A stretch of 64,000 bases of DNA from Anthoceros angustus (lineage: Eukaryota > Plantae > Anthocerotophyta): NCBI GenBank assembly GCA_010909165.1, contig MU008163.1, positions 558,001 through 622,000 on the forward strand. Direction: 5' to 3'. Shown here piece after piece: positions 36,191 through 50,400 of the stretch. Under the pieces are notes generated by a model that was not told where the DNA came from, made no database searches, and worked only from the letters and a program-made list of their open reading frames with translations. The position numbers and the translations under genes were made by a program. The stretch's first letter is position 1. Each line of letters begins with the position of its first letter.

Positions 36191-36986
36191 TTCTGAGGAA
36201 GGATATGGAGGAGGAGGAGGGGAAGAGAACCCATGTGTCGGGAACGACGGAAGGATCAAACGGGGTGGCGAGTTAACCCGGGAGAAGGGTCAAAGGAACC
36301 CGGGGCGAGGGTTAGTGGACGGAATTTTGGTCGCTTATGTTGGTGTAATGTAAGAGGAGGAGGGAGCGAGAGGGGAGGTGGAGGTGGAAGGTTGTCGGGA
36401 GTTGGGAGTCGCGATTCGCATTTATTTCTTGCTGCCGTGCCGCGTTTCCCTGTCCGCGCTGGTTTGGGGTGGCCGGCGGGGAAAAGATGGCGGCGGGCGG
36501 CGTGGGTGGAGTGTGATGGAGTAGGATTGCGCGTCTTCCTGCGGCTCGATCGACGCTTGCGGGTATGGAATTGCGGTGGTGTGGGAGATGGAGGAGCGTG
36601 GTGGACGGGATGGGGTTTGCGGGATGGAGTGGGAAGGAGGAAAGGGAGGGAGGAAGGAAGGAAGGAAGGACAGGAGGGATTGTTTTGTGTGGCAGCAGCT
36701 AGGTTTGATGAGGTGTGGGGAGTGGGGGAGGTTGGTGGAGAGGGGTTTGGCGATGTGGTGTGAGTGAAGGAGGGAATTGGTAGTGGCTGGAGGTTGGGAA
36801 GGGCGGGAGGAGAGCAGGCGGGTTTGGGATTTAGTATGGAGGGAGGGAGGGGCAGAGGGAGGGAATAGGTGCTGTAGGGTTTCAGGTTTTGGTGGGAGAG
36901 GTTGGATGGATATCTTGTCTTAAGGTGATTTGTGGTGTTGTGTGTGGGTCGCGCTTATGGCAGTGTTGATCAGCTGAAGCTCCAGG

Positions 36987-39900
36987 ATGGGAGTCAAGTC
37001 AGGGCCACGGCAAAATGGAGATGGACCGGAGTCCTCGGCCGGGCACCATGAGTCGGCTTCAGGGTCTGGGGCGCCAGCTGCGGGCTCCAGAGCTTTGGAG
37101 AGAAGTGGTTCGCGGCGGAAAGGGATGGAGAAGAGCATTTTGGATGATATTATGGGGGACCCTGAGGATTTCAAGGACTTTGCAGGCTCTGATGCTGGGT
37201 CGGAAAGTGATGGGGGACGATGGGAAGATGCAGTTAGAGCGGCGTAAGTGAATGAGGCACCTTTGCCACGCCGATGATGCTATTATGCGTTGCCCACTTT
37301 GGCTCCGGATGTCCTCATTCGATGTAGGCTACGTGTATGATATGGTGGTGACTACAAGTCTCAGTTCTTGCTTTTACCAGACATTTTGTATGCCGGACAG
37401 ACCTCTCGTAGGTTACAGCCATGTCCGCTCTAAGATTTGTAACGGTCGTGGCAATCCAGTTTTGAGAGTGGGTTGACCCTCTGTTTTAGGGTGGGATAGG
37501 CTCTCTCTGTTCTTGATACAGAGGATGGATCACGCACTGTTATGGATTTTTCAAATTTGGTCCTGACGGTGTTTGGAAATGTCTCCACAGGACAAATATG
37601 GGGTAGGTTTAGGCCAGACTTTATTGTGACATCGTTGAGATTTGCTGATGGTTGCAAAAGGAACTTAACTTTTCTCTAGCTTCATCCAGATAAAGGAAAC
37701 CATGTTTTTCTTTCTTCTGGGTCTTGGTTCTCACATGACTCCAAATTTACGGATGGGCCTTGTTGCTGAGCCTTAGTCAGGATGTTGATTGGTTAGGTTT
37801 CAGCTTGTGTGCTCCAGTCCCCTTTCCTGTTTCCTTTGGAAACGGGATTTGTGGTCTGTGTCACCAACGTTTCTGCCAACAGACCATGCTAGTTGTTAGG
37901 TGTGGCCATCATTCGAACAGAGGGTTGCATGATGACTTGCCAAATCCACCTAATCCGCACATTTGTTCTTGGAGAGAGTTCATGACTTCCTGCATTGGCA
38001 CCTAAATTATTCCATCTCTGATTTTTAGCTGTTTAGAAGAGTGAAAGTAGCTCGGATTGTGACATGCTGCTCATGTTTTTGGTTGCTACATAGGTCCAGC
38101 CCATGTAGGTTCTGGTAGGGTTTGAATTGGATCACCACGGTGGAATGCAAAGCATGATGTCAGGGCTGGTTTTCAATGTTTCCTGAGCGTCCTGGCAGAA
38201 GCGGATTAAGTTGATGGGTGGTGTGTTGTCTTGTGATTTAAGAGTCCTGTGGTTTCTCGTAGACCTAGGAAATGGAAGTTGTCATAGGTTTTAGTAGTAG
38301 TTCCCTTTGAATGATTCAGTCTGTGTTTTGGCAACTTCTTTGTCCAACATTAATTCTGGACTCGGCAGTCTTAAGAATGAGGATGCTGCGATAGGAGCAC
38401 GTCGTAAGGAGCAAAAGGGAACTGAGGTACAGTTTTCTTCATACCACACCACTCTCTTGTTCCTCTGTGTGCTCACAGGATTTTCGTTACTGCAGACTGA
38501 GAATGTGATGTTTGGTTCGTCAGGCATCTGCATCTTGGCATCGAAAGAGTGTGTGAGGACGCCTCCTTTGTCCCGTACGGGAGTCTCAGAGCAGTGTGTT
38601 ACTTGCCTCTTGTAAATTTGCAGAACAGGACCAAGTCGTCTGGAGAGAGGGGATCGAAGAAGATTGAAGCCTCCTTTGATCGCTTGCCCAAGGATGGATC
38701 ACATGCACCAAGCTCCTCTTCTGGAGATCATGGTTAGCGCTGAAGTCATTTCACTAACTTGTCGGGATCGTCTTGATCGCTTTCATTCAGATACTCATCA
38801 AGGTAGGGCTGATCTTGTGGTTGTGAAGGTCCTCTCAACGGGAGGAATAGTCCACGGGCCAACCATGGGAGGGGTTCGTATGGTCCATCAGCAAATGGGA
38901 CTTCGGGGCGACACAAAGAGTACGAAAGAAGATATTTTATCATCAAGAGCCTGAATCATCATAACATTGCCAAGTCCATTGAGAATGGAATCTGGGCCAC
39001 ACAGGCTATGAATGAACCCGTTTTGAATGAAGCATTTGAGGTATGTTGGCTGCAAGCTTTCTCTGTGTAACTTTAAGATAGACCTCAGATTTGCATAGAG
39101 TCACTGCAAGTTGTGCATTGATGAAGAGCCTTTGTTTTGTGTAGACGGCCAACAGAGTTATTCTGGTGTTTAGTGTCAACATGAGCGGCCACTTTCAAGG
39201 CTATGCACAAATGGTGTCTCCTATTGGTCGGAGAAGGGCAAATGTCTGGAGTGAAGCCAATGATGGTGCTAATCCTTGGGGCGGGTCCTTCAGTGTTGAA
39301 TGGCTGCGCCTCTATGACTTGCCATTCCTGAAGACTGTTCACCTGAAGAACCCTTTAAACTGCATGAAGCCAGTCAAAATTAGTAGAGATTGTCAGGTAT
39401 GATCACATGATTGTGACTTTTGTTCTTGTTCATTAGTACAGCCATTTGCATTGGGCTGATAGATCTTGCTATGCAGGAGCTGACAGAAGAATTGGGTGAT
39501 GCCTTATGTGCTTTGATTGATGAAGGGGCTGATCGAGAGGGAAGGCCTAAGAGGTGCGCAGCTAACTCCCCTCCTGGTCACTGTGATTGTGTTTCATTCG
39601 ATGCCTAGCTTGGAAGCTCATCATTTACCTCTGGATGTGATTGAAGCAGAAAACTCGATGGCCCAGACACGAATTTCCAAGGATCGAAAAGAGCTTTTTT
39701 GGAGCCGATGGGAGGACACCCAGATATGCCTCACAGACCCAGATTGCCACCACCAACTGGTTCCGGCGTACGCTTGCCTATGATGTATGGTGGCCCGCCC
39801 TTGCCTCCAGGAGTGCCACACGATCCTTATATGCTCCCAGGATCGGGTAACAGGCCAATGAGTAGCCATGCAAGTAAATCGCTCCACCCGGAGCCAGTGA

Positions 39901-40875
39901 GGATATCAAAATCAAGGTCGCCACATCCCACATCTTCAGAGAAAGCTGAGGACCGCGAGAGGGATAGAGACAAGGATCGGGAGCAGGAAAAGCCCAGACC
40001 TCTGGAGAGGAATGGGGATAAGGGTAGATCCCGAAATGGAAATGGCGGTAAAGTTGCCGGTGATGACGACTTGCTGGACATGGTATGTAGAAACGGCAAG
40101 ACCCTTGCTGCGGTCCTACTGTTTGTCATCCACGTCGAATTTAGGAAGTATAGCCCTCGCGTGTCAATATGCATTTCAATTGGACTGAGTTGTCTTGCGC
40201 CCTCCCTGAACTTCTCATCTGCCTGCTGCGTAGACCTATGAGGAATATCTTCAGCGACATGGCCATGCAAGAGACTATGGTGGTTACCAACAGGTGAGGA
40301 ATGCACGCTCTCCCAAATTCGGCACCAGGGCAAGGCTTCTTGTGTGTATTGCAAACTAAGTCGGGATGCTCTCTCAGGGATTCGTGCTATCCAAACCCAG
40401 ACTGAAATCAGGGGGAGCCTTCTAATTTCCGTTTTTGCAGGGTGGTCGGTTTCCGGGTTACCCTCCTGCTGGGGCCTATGGTCGAGGATGGATGGGTGGT
40501 GGTCCTAGAATGAACTACTCTGATGACGAGTAAGTTCCATGCTGGCCAGTCAGCTTCAGGAATTTCTACTGTACCATTGGCCTTTTTGCGACGCTTTCTT
40601 TATCAGTCATTCATGTGTATGATTTGTGCTGGATCAGATATGTGAACTACATTGCGAACTGGTATGGAAGGCAAGGCCCCATGATGGGTGGGGAAGGGTT
40701 CTATGGAAATCACAGCATGGGCTACCCAGGAATGCGTGCCATGGATCCCTTTTGGCATGGTAAACCAGGTGACATGCCTCCACCTAGGCGAGCCCCACGA
40801 GCTTCAGAAGGCAAATCATGTGGTAATGGTGGACCTATAGAGGAAAGTGTTCGAGCTCCTCAACAGCAGCACTGA
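36987..40875 (+). CDS. YTH-domain m6A reader of the YTHDC type (ECT12-like), multi-exon
   Basis: RYFIIKSLNHHNIAKSIENGIWATQAMNEPVLNEAFE, VILVFSVNMSGHFQGYAQM, FSVEWLRLYDLPF, KNPLN, KPVKISRDCQEL. N-terminal exons are approximate. Confidence 0.88.
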
Positions 40876-43093
40876 AGGCTGTATGTTTCGGGCCTAGTGT
40901 AATTATTTGTAGGCACTGGGAAGCGAGGTAGCGATGCTCTTGTTTGTTCATTGTTTCTGGCAGTGAACTTGTATATTTCAGTTCTGTTCGTCGGCAGGTT
41001 CAAGTAGGTACAAATAGATAGATCCCTTTACAAGTAGATACATCCCTTTTCTCCAATTTTTAGGCTTGAGACACGGAGCTCCTTGAGAAATGATTTTTGT
41101 CCGACTACATTGAAATGGTTATCCAAGAAAGCGAGAGGTTTGTGCCCACTAGGATGCTTCATATCCCAGTCATCCCATGCAGTGCATGCTACACTGCACT
41201 TGATTCTGTATTTTTAATATTCTGAAGCTCTTGGGTACACGTGAATGGCCGACTGTACATTACATTAGATTGGACTGGACATTATTGATTTTGACTCATT
41301 GTTTACTTCGGGGCTTGTGGACTATATACAATGTTGATGCCCCTCCATCGGGTAGAGCAAAGGTTGGCAACAAGCAGTGCTTGGCCAGCTGGTCCCTAGG
41401 GATGAAATTGCTCTGTACATTTGAGAGAGCAGTTTTGCTTGTGTGTTATCAGCGCGAGGCTCGAGCCAATGTATGTTATAAACCTGTAAATTAATCAGTG
41501 CATGTGCATCACACCTGCTGTTCCTTACGTTCCTTCCTGGCCAATGAAAGTTTTCACTTTGCTGTTTTAGCAACGTTCCTTGCTGGGTGTTCCTTCCTGT
41601 CCGACGAGCGTTAGGAAAAAGCTAGAAGTACACATAGTCAGAATCCTGTAGAAATGAAGCTGCTTCCTCTGAGATCCATCTCGACCGTGTGAAGACAATG
41701 TCGCTTGCAGAGCCAGCGGTGACTGAGACAAGAATCATCCCCGTACCGGCATGGTCTGGAGGCTGACAGGAGGGGCTTTCTCGGATGCACGGCGAGTCTA
41801 CTCTTTTCACCAGCTGTTGGCAGAAGTGACTGCTGTAGGAAGCACAGCCTTTTCTGTGGGGAAGCAAAGGTGCTTGTGAGTCATCCATCCGGTGCTTCAT
41901 CAGGCTGCAGGGGAGGCAGAGATGGTATAGAAATCGGACTTCTGTCAGATCGATCCCGACTGTGTGAGGACGACGCTAGAATTTGGCCTGAGGGATGGAG
42001 TTGCTGGTGACTGCTGATGGGACAAGAAATTTCACTGCACTCCACATGACTTGGAAGGTCTTCCAGGGGCGACGGACACAGAGTCACAGACAAGCGAGGC
42101 TTACGGCGACTCTTTTCAACAGCAGCAGCCAGCAGGCCTGTGTGATGACCGTCTGGAGCACGCGGGGCCTCTCCCCTCGTGAACTCTCTTTGTCGCCATG
42201 GTTACAGGTTGGCCCTTTCTGCCCAAAACCGTCTGGTTGGTGGAAAGCACTTCCGTCCATACCCACTGTACTTCGTAACCAGCTATGGCTGCTTCAATCA
42301 CCCTTACAGTTCATGCCTGCCTGGTGTCACTCCTTCCATGCTAACCACCTAGCTCAGGACTGCATGATCACGCGGAATTTATAACAACAAATCGGGAGTG
42401 AAAAGGTTGGTAACTAGGCACCTGCCAGTGAATTGCAGGCAAAAGGACACGTCCATGCCTTATGGAGCACCTGCCTGGAGGCCTTCCTCTCCAAGGAAGA
42501 TCTACTCTGTGTGTGGGCATCATTCATGTCGGTAGGCTGCGGTGGGAAACATTTACCAACTCTGGACAGAGACCTCTCATCCTTTGTCTTTCTCCTACTG
42601 TGCACCTTTCTGATCATCTCAGACAGGCCCTATCAACGTCAATCTCGTGCTTGGGATGAGGATGAAGCTGGCTGGCTCACTGATGATGGCCTTCAAGGTC
42701 TTTCTCACAGTCTCCCTCAACCTGGAGACTGATGCATCTGGTACAGGTGGCCTTCTGAATCCCACATCTCTCTTCCCCTCTCTCCCCCCGTGCATTGATG
42801 AGCCATGAGGCTTGGCTGTCAAGATTCCCGTCTGCTCTGACTGCACATACTTAGTCCTCGGCCCATAAATACACAGGAGCTTGTATCATTCTTCACGGCT
42901 CCGAGCTCCTAGCTCCATTCCCCGCACAGTCCTTTCGTCACACTTTGTGAAGCGAGCTGCAGTCTCATTGCAAGCGTGTTCTATTGATTGCTGGACTCGG
43001 CCTCAGACTGTGTTCTGCTCCTGCAGATCCCGCTGGCACTGACACTCATCCGACTCCCTCACTCGACGATTACTGAGGGCAGTTGCCTAAAAA

Positions 43094-44613
43094 ATGGCAC
43101 AATTTGAGATTCTGCCTCTCCTTTCCGTGCTGGTCACCCTCGTGATGCTCAGAGTGGATGCCTCATATACTCCATCGCCATCATCGTCTTCCAGTCGAGC
43201 TCCAGCATTCTTCATATTTGGGGACTCGACAGTGGACACCGGAAATCAGAATTTCCTCGCCAGCGTGATCAAATCCAACTTCCCGCCGTATGGCAGGGAT
43301 TTTGTTCCTCCTGGCCCGACTGGCCGCTTTTCCAATGGCAAGCTAGCGAATGACTACATCGGTCAGTTCCTCACTGCCCATGAACAGCTCGCAGCCTGGC
43401 TTGCAAACACATTAAAGTGAAGTATATCATTTGCATTGTTTGCCGCGATCGTGACGATCTGTTCCATCCTGACGTCTTGCTTCTCTGCGCAGCTGAATTT
43501 TTGGGTCTCCCATCGCCTCCGAACTCCTTGGATCCTCGAACGAGAGGAACCAAGGTCCTCAAAGGCGTTAACTTCGCATCTTCCGGTTCAGGATTCCTCA
43601 ACATCACCGGAGTCGTGTATGTAAGCCCCTTCGCATTTGCAGATCAGAGTGTCAAATGTTTTGCAGCCTCGCGTGGGTCTGGCCGAATCCTCGACTCAGA
43701 CTTCCGCCCATGTTCAGGGAGTCATCACCCTGCAGCAACAGCTGAAGAAATTTAACCGCTTGCAATCCGAAATCACCACTATCATCGGTCCCGCCAAGAC
43801 AGCAAAGCTGACGGCTGACGCATTCTACCTGATCAGCACAGGCAGCAATGACTACATCAACAGCTACAACCTCAATCCTGTTCTACAGGAGGCCTACAAT
43901 CCCGAGCAGTACCGGAATCTCCTTCTATCCACCATTTCAGCGTTTATCACGGTAAGGAAATCAGATCACAGATTCCTCTTGTTGCGGCTTAGGAAAGCTC
44001 GTGGGGTTGATTTTGTCTGTTTTGGTTTGGCAGGAGCTGTACCACAGTGGGGCTCGTTACATCGGAATCGACTCACTGGCACCACTAGGATGCGCTCCTC
44101 AGCAGGTCTTTTATTTTGGAGAAGGAAAATGTGCCGAGAGAGTGAATGCCCCTGTTGTTGCATTCAACAAAGGCCTGCGGCTGTCGCTTGAACGATTGAG
44201 GTCCTCCCTTCCTGGTGTTCACCTGCTTTACAGCAACGTGTACGATGTTCTTCTCGGAGCCCTTCGAGATCCTGCTGCTTTTGGTAAGGGCAAGAGCTCG
44301 CTTATGCTTCAGTTTCGCATGTCCAACTGACAAAGAAAGCTCACCTGATAACGAACTGCACCTGTTCCCCGTCATCTTCTGCCCAGGGTTTAAGCATTCC
44401 ACAGATGCTTGTTGTGGGTTGGGGAACAACGGCGGGGCAGGGCCATGCTCCACCCTCGGTGATGTCTGCAAGGATGCCGACGACTACATCTTCTGGGACT
44501 TGTTCCACCCCAGCCAGGCAATGTACAAGATAATAGCTGATGGAGTTATCTCGGGATCAGAGGACACAATTTACCCAACAAATCTAAAGACGTTATTCCA
44601 GGCAAAATCTTGA
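43094..44613 (+). CDS. GDSL esterase/lipase, secreted, 5 exons
   Basis: Signal peptide, [45 protein letters not shown]. Confidence 0.94.
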
Positions 44614-45116
44614 AACGCAAGCCTCTCCAATATGCAGCTCCCAACGCACTCGAATTTTGTGTTATACCGTTCAACGTCACCACGTGCCGAGCAGTTCCAA
44701 CTTTCCTGCAATTGGTCAGAGTAAACGCTTGACTGTGTCACTTGCACTGTCGTCCAGCAGCCAAATCCTGGGACATCGCAACATCATAGCACCTTCCATG
44801 TTGTATGGTCTTCCATTCAACTCCTTCAACTCAGTTGCCAAGACTACCGATGCGTCTAGAACATTGTTGCAATAGGAATAGGTCACTTACATGGGATTGA
44901 ACATACTTTTAGCCCCTCATTCAGGGAAAGTATTCAGCATCTCGAGCACTTGTTGCTCTTCACATAGAATCTGTTTGAGATAGAACTGTGCAAGTAAGCA
45001 ATAACTTCGAGAACGGTGCATTCGCAAAATGCTAGAAGGGAGGGGAAATACCTTTCTGCACTGCTGCCATGCCGGCAAGTTGCTACCTCATCAGCTGGCC
45101 ATCGTGCATTGAATGT

Positions 45117-47486
45117 CTAAGAAGCAAACGATTTCACCTGATTGATCTCCCGAGCAATGTCTGCCATTTCTGGTTTATCTTCCATCTTGCGAAGTAGCTC
45201 GTCAATGATGCTGGTGGTTCTTGCGTCTGGAACACAGCCCGCACCTTGCATCTGATGCAAAAGCTGCAGCGAACTAGCACAATCTGCCCCTTCCAAGTAT
45301 CCAACCAGGAGAGAATTGAAAGTGAGCACGTCTGGGTTGCAACCATCAGTTGCCATTGATTCAAATAGCTGAATTGCCTTATCCATGTCTCCACTCCTAA
45401 CTAGCACGTCAATCATTGTGTTGTAGGTGATAACATCTCTCTGGATTTTCCTCCTTCTCATTTCTCCAAAGAGAACACCAGCCTCATGCACACTGCCGAG
45501 TTTGCCCAGAACACCAATAATGATGTTGTAGCTCACTACATTTGGCTCCACCCCTTTTGTTGTTTCCATGATCTCAAACAGACAACAAGCTTTCCCACTC
45601 TCTCCATTCTTGCTCAGACCATCAATCAGAGTGTTAAAGCTGATGACATCGGGGTTACAGCCAGATCTCTTCATTTCCTCCCACAGCTCAAAAGCTCTCT
45701 CAATATCACCCGCTTTGCACACAGCTTTTAAAAGAGAGTTATACACTACAAGATTAACCTCTGCTCGCTGTTCGTCGCCCTTAGGTAACCTCATCTCTTG
45801 GAACAAGCTGTACGCTTCATTGAGACGTCCCTCTTTCCCGAGACAATCTATAAGTGTAGAGTACGTGACAGCAGTCGGCATTGCCTGCTTGAGCTTCATT
45901 TCTTCGAAGAGCTGGAGAGCAAGATCAAACTTTCTTGCTTTTGCAAGGCCGCACGTGAGTGTGTTGTATGCGACTGGGTCAGGATGCCACCCTTTGTTCT
46001 TCAAATCAACAAAAAGGATGAGAGATTCCTGCACCTGCCCCACATCACTGTAAGCCTTCAGGATAATATTGTATGTGATGAAATCAGGAGGCAACCCAAA
46101 TTCCCCCATCTCAGCGAACAGATCCAAAGCATCTTGCAATTGGCCTGCCTTTGCCAGCGCATCAATCAATGTGTTGTATGCACTTGCATTCAGTCTCACT
46201 CCTCTTGCCTTCAGAACTGCAAAAACCTTCAAAGCATCCTTGGTGAAACCTGCTTTGGTGAGTCCAGCAAGGACTATGGTAGAAGTGTACACATCCGGAG
46301 CGCATCCTGTACTAGTCATGTGATTGAAGAGCTCAGATGCCTCGTCTGCCTTCCCTGTTTTACAAAGCCCATCCATCAGAGTATTGTACGTGGTTGCATC
46401 TGGGGATATGTTCATCTCCTTCATCTCTTCCAGCAATGCCAGCGCCTTGTCCATTTCACCGGCTTTCCCAAACCCATCACAGAGGATATTATAGGCCCTT
46501 GTGTTTGGACGCACACCCTCCTTCTTCATAGCCGTGAAAACACGGGATGCCTTGTCCATTCTCCCAACCTTGGCCAGCCCTTGCATTAGCACTGAGGTGG
46601 AGTACACATCCATTGTGTAGCCACACCTCTTAGTCTCCCTCCACAGCTTCAGAGCCTTGTCCAATTCATTCTCTCTAGCAAATCCACAAATTAGAGCACC
46701 ATAAGTCAACTCGTTTGGAACAAGACCCTCTCTTAGCATCTCCCTGAAGGTATCCCAAGCTTCGTCAATTGCCCTGCTCTTCACAAGACTTGATATCACA
46801 CATGTGTAGGTGTACGCATTCCTATCACACCCATCCTGCACCAATTGCCTATACACCTGGTGCACACCTTCATGATCCTCCGCCTTTGCAAACAGATTAA
46901 GCAGACAGTTGTAGATACCCCTGTTCGGTTTCCAGCTGAACTGCTCCAACCAGTTAAAAACAACCTTGCACTCCTCCAACCTGGCGTGACCACACCCAGA
47001 CAAAATCGTCGTCCACGTAGCAGTAGTGATTAGGCACCCCTCCATTTCCATACTTTTCAACACCTTCCAGATCTCGGAGAGAGAACTCACATTAAGCAGC
47101 AGAGCATTGTAGGTGAGTGTACTGTGGCTGAAACCTCTCTCCTTCGCAACCCAGTCGAAAAACCTCCGTGCCTGAACTCCATCCTCAATGTTCCTTAAAA
47201 ACTCGCTCACAATCACAGGCTCGAAGGAGTCATGCTGCAACTCCGCTAAAGCTTTCTGCACTCCTGAATCCCATCTGCCCGTTCTCAAAGCGGCAAGTAC
47301 TTTAGCAGAGGTTAAACCAGAAAATGTGACACTCGCATTCGCCTCCAACCTCCTGCTGCTCAAACTGGGACCCTGTGAGTCCTGTAAGGCGGACCTTGGT
47401 GCACCCAATTTTGCAGCAGAATGCACAGCCCTGGCCGACGACCCCAATATCCGCCCCTGCAAACTACGTCCGGAGACTTTGGCCAT
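45117..47486 (-). CDS. P-class PPR protein (789 aa), organelle-targeted
   Basis: Long array of 35-aa repeats (TYNTLMDGLCKTGK, PDVISFNTLIDGL), single ORF, N-terminal basic/Ser-rich peptide. Confidence 0.95.
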   Translation of the reverse strand: MAKVSGRSLQGRILGSSARAVHSAAKLGAPRSALQDSQGPSLSSRRLEANASVTFSGLTSAKVLAALRTGRWDSGVQKALAELQHDSFEPVIVSEFLRNIEDGVQARRFFDWVAKERGFSHSTLTYNALLLNVSSLSEIWKVLKSMEMEGCLITTATWTTILSGCGHARLEECKVVFNWLEQFSWKPNRGIYNCLLNLFAKAEDHEGVHQVYRQLVQDGCDRNAYTYTCVISSLVKSRAIDEAWDTFREMLREGLVPNELTYGALICGFARENELDKALKLWRETKRCGYTMDVYSTSVLMQGLAKVGRMDKASRVFTAMKKEGVRPNTRAYNILCDGFGKAGEMDKALALLEEMKEMNISPDATTYNTLMDGLCKTGKADEASELFNHMTSTGCAPDVYTSTIVLAGLTKAGFTKDALKVFAVLKARGVRLNASAYNTLIDALAKAGQLQDALDLFAEMGEFGLPPDFITYNIILKAYSDVGQVQESLILFVDLKNKGWHPDPVAYNTLTCGLAKARKFDLALQLFEEMKLKQAMPTAVTYSTLIDCLGKEGRLNEAYSLFQEMRLPKGDEQRAEVNLVVYNSLLKAVCKAGDIERAFELWEEMKRSGCNPDVISFNTLIDGLSKNGESGKACCLFEIMETTKGVEPNVVSYNIIIGVLGKLGSVHEAGVLFGEMRRRKIQRDVITYNTMIDVLVRSGDMDKAIQLFESMATDGCNPDVLTFNSLLVGYLEGADCASSLQLLHQMQGAGCVPDARTTSIIDELLRKMEDKPEMADIAREINQVKSFAS

Positions 47487-50400
47487 CGTTAAGGATAAAC
47501 AGTCCGTCAGATGACTCGAGTTGTCTCCATCGGACCTGGTCAGTGATGTCAGCTGTGCAAATACCCATGGCGCTGCAGCTGCACCATCGGCAACAGCCTA
47601 TGATATGATGAAGGTATAGTCCTTTTCCTTCCTACTCTACATTGCTACAAAGCAATACTATTTTGAAGCTATAACTTTTTGTTATGAATATCGTCCAGAG
47701 TTTTCACGCGTTTTTAAATATATTTTCATAAAACTATTTTCATTTCTTACCATCCAGAGTTTTCACGCATTTTTTATTTTCATAAAATTATTTTTAAATA
47801 TTTTCATTTTTATTCATATTTTACAAAATTATAATAGTTCAATCATTTGCTCATTAGCACCCCTCGTAAGGCAAAGTTAAACCCATACAAACTACCATCG
47901 TACTAATGAACCAAATAAAACCATGAATTAAAGACTTAACACTACAATAAAACATAAATTGAAACTATTAAAATTTATTCTTGTTAGTGAAGAGTCAAAA
48001 CACCTACGTAAGTAAGCTAAAGAGGCTAAGTATGATGTCATACTTTAGCATGATATGATCCAAATGCATTCCATTGGTATTTTGTCATCATAAACCAAAG
48101 TCAAAACCTGAAGTGGCTAGGTATGATGTCATACTTTGAGAACGGGATATGATCATGCTGATCAATAATCCGAATGGATCCTTTGGGCACTTTGTGATCG
48201 TAAACCAAAGTCAAAACTTGAAAAGTAATTCTCGTTGTCGGAATCGAATCCGGGTCGTAGTTGAACCCCGTATCGTGGTGGTCCAACCTCCGTATTTAAA
48301 CCACTATACTACAAACCAAAGTCAAAACTTGAAAAGTAATTCTCGTTGCCGGGATTCGAACCCGGGTTGTAGTTGAACCCCGTGTCGTGGTGGTCCAAGC
48401 TCCGTACTTAAACCACTATACTACAACGAGTTTGGTGTTCACAGTGTATGTTTACTAAGTATCTACTTATGTAGTATCGACAGTAAAGCAAATGAAACAT
48501 ATTTTGTTAGGTATGATGTCATACTTTGAGAATGATATGATCATGCTATGAATAATCCGAATGGATCCTTTGGGCACTTTATCATCGTTAACCAAAGTCA
48601 AAACTTGAAAAATAATTCTCGTTGCCAGGAATCGAACCCGGGTCGTAGTTGAACCCCGCGTCATGGTGGTCTAAGCTTCGTACTTAAACCACTATACTAC
48701 AAACCAAAGTCAAAACTTGAAAAATAATTCTCGTTGCTGGGAATCGAACCCGGGTCGTAGTTGAATGTCGTGGCGGCCCAAGCTCCGTACTTAAACCAAT
48801 ATACTACAGCGAGTTTGGTGTTCACAGTGTATGTTTACTAAGTATCTACTTATGTAGTATCGACAGTAAAGCAAATGAAACATATTTTGTTAGGTATGAT
48901 GTCATACTTTGAGAATGATATGATCATGCTATGAATAATCCGGATGGATCCTTTGGGCACTTTGTCATCGTTAACCAAAGTCAAAACTTGAAAAATAATT
49001 CTCGTTGCCAGGAATCGAACCCGGGTCGTAGTTGAAACCACTATACTACAAACCAAAGTCAAAACTTGAAAAATAATTCTCGTTGCCGGGAATCGAACCC
49101 GGGTCGTAGTTGAACCCCGTGTCGTGGCGGCCCAAGCTCCGTACTTAAACCACTATACTACAACGAGTTTGGTGTTCACAGTGTATGTTTACTAAGTATC
49201 TACTTATGTAGTATCGACAGTAAAGCAAATGAAACATATTTTGTTAGGTATGATGTCATACTTTGCAAACGGTATGATCATGCTGATCAATAATTCGAAT
49301 GGATCCTTTGGGCACTTTGTCATTGTTAACCAAAGTAAAAACTTGAAAAGTAATTCGTTGCGAATCGAACGGTCGTAGTTGAACCCGTGTCGTGGTGGTC
49401 CAAGCTGCATTTAAACCACTATACTACAACGAGTTTGGTGTTCACGGTGTATGTTTACTAAGTATCTACTTATGTAGTATCGATAAAACAAATGAAACAT
49501 ATTTTGTTAGGTATGATGTCATACTTTGCAAGCGGTATGATCATCGATCAATAATTCGAATGGATCCTTTGGGCACTTTGTCATTGTTAACCAAAGTCAA
49601 AACTTGAAAAGTAATTCGTTGCGGAATCGAACCGGGTCGAGTTGAAACCACTATACTACAAACCAAAGTCAAAACTTGAAAAATAATTCTCGTTCGGAAT
49701 CGAACCCGGTCGAGTTGAACCCGTGTCGTGGCGGCCCAAGCTCACTTAAACCACTATACTACAACGAGTTTGGTGTTCACGGTGTATGTTTACTAAGTAT
49801 CTACTTATGTAGTATCGACGAAAGCAAATGAAACATATTTTGTTAGGTATGATGTCATACTTTGTAAAGCGGTATGATCATGCCGATCAATAATTCGAAT
49901 GGATCCTTTGGGCACTTTGTCATTGTTAACCAAAGTAAAACTTGAAAAGTAATTCGTTGCCGAATCCGGGTCGTGGTTGAACCCGTGTCGTGGTGGTCCA
50001 AGCTCCGTGAAACCACTATACTACAACGAGTTTGGTGTTCACGTGTATGTTTACTAAGTATCTACTTATGTAGTATCGACGAAAGCAAATGAAACATATT
50101 TTGTTAGGTATGATGTCATACTTTGTAAAGCGGTATGATCATCGATCAATAATTCGAATGGATCCTTTGGGCACTTTGTCATTGTTAACCAAAGTCAAAA
50201 CTTGAAAAGTAATTCTATTGAATGGATCCTTTGGGCACTTTGTCATTGTTAACCAAAGTCAAAACTTGAAAAGTAATTCTGTCGGAATCGAACCGGTCGA
50301 GTTGAACCCGTGTCGTGGTGGTCCAAGCTCCGTACTTAAACCACTATACTACAACGAGTTCGTGTTCATAATGTATGTTTACTAAGTATCCACTTATGTA

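Noticed and set aside
41622-42100. Possible small minus-strand gene
   Set aside because: No recognisable motif or supportable exon structure.
45486-46589. Long plus-strand ORFs opposite the PPR gene (likewise opposite RCC1 and copia)
   Set aside because: These are antisense shadows of real coding sequence.
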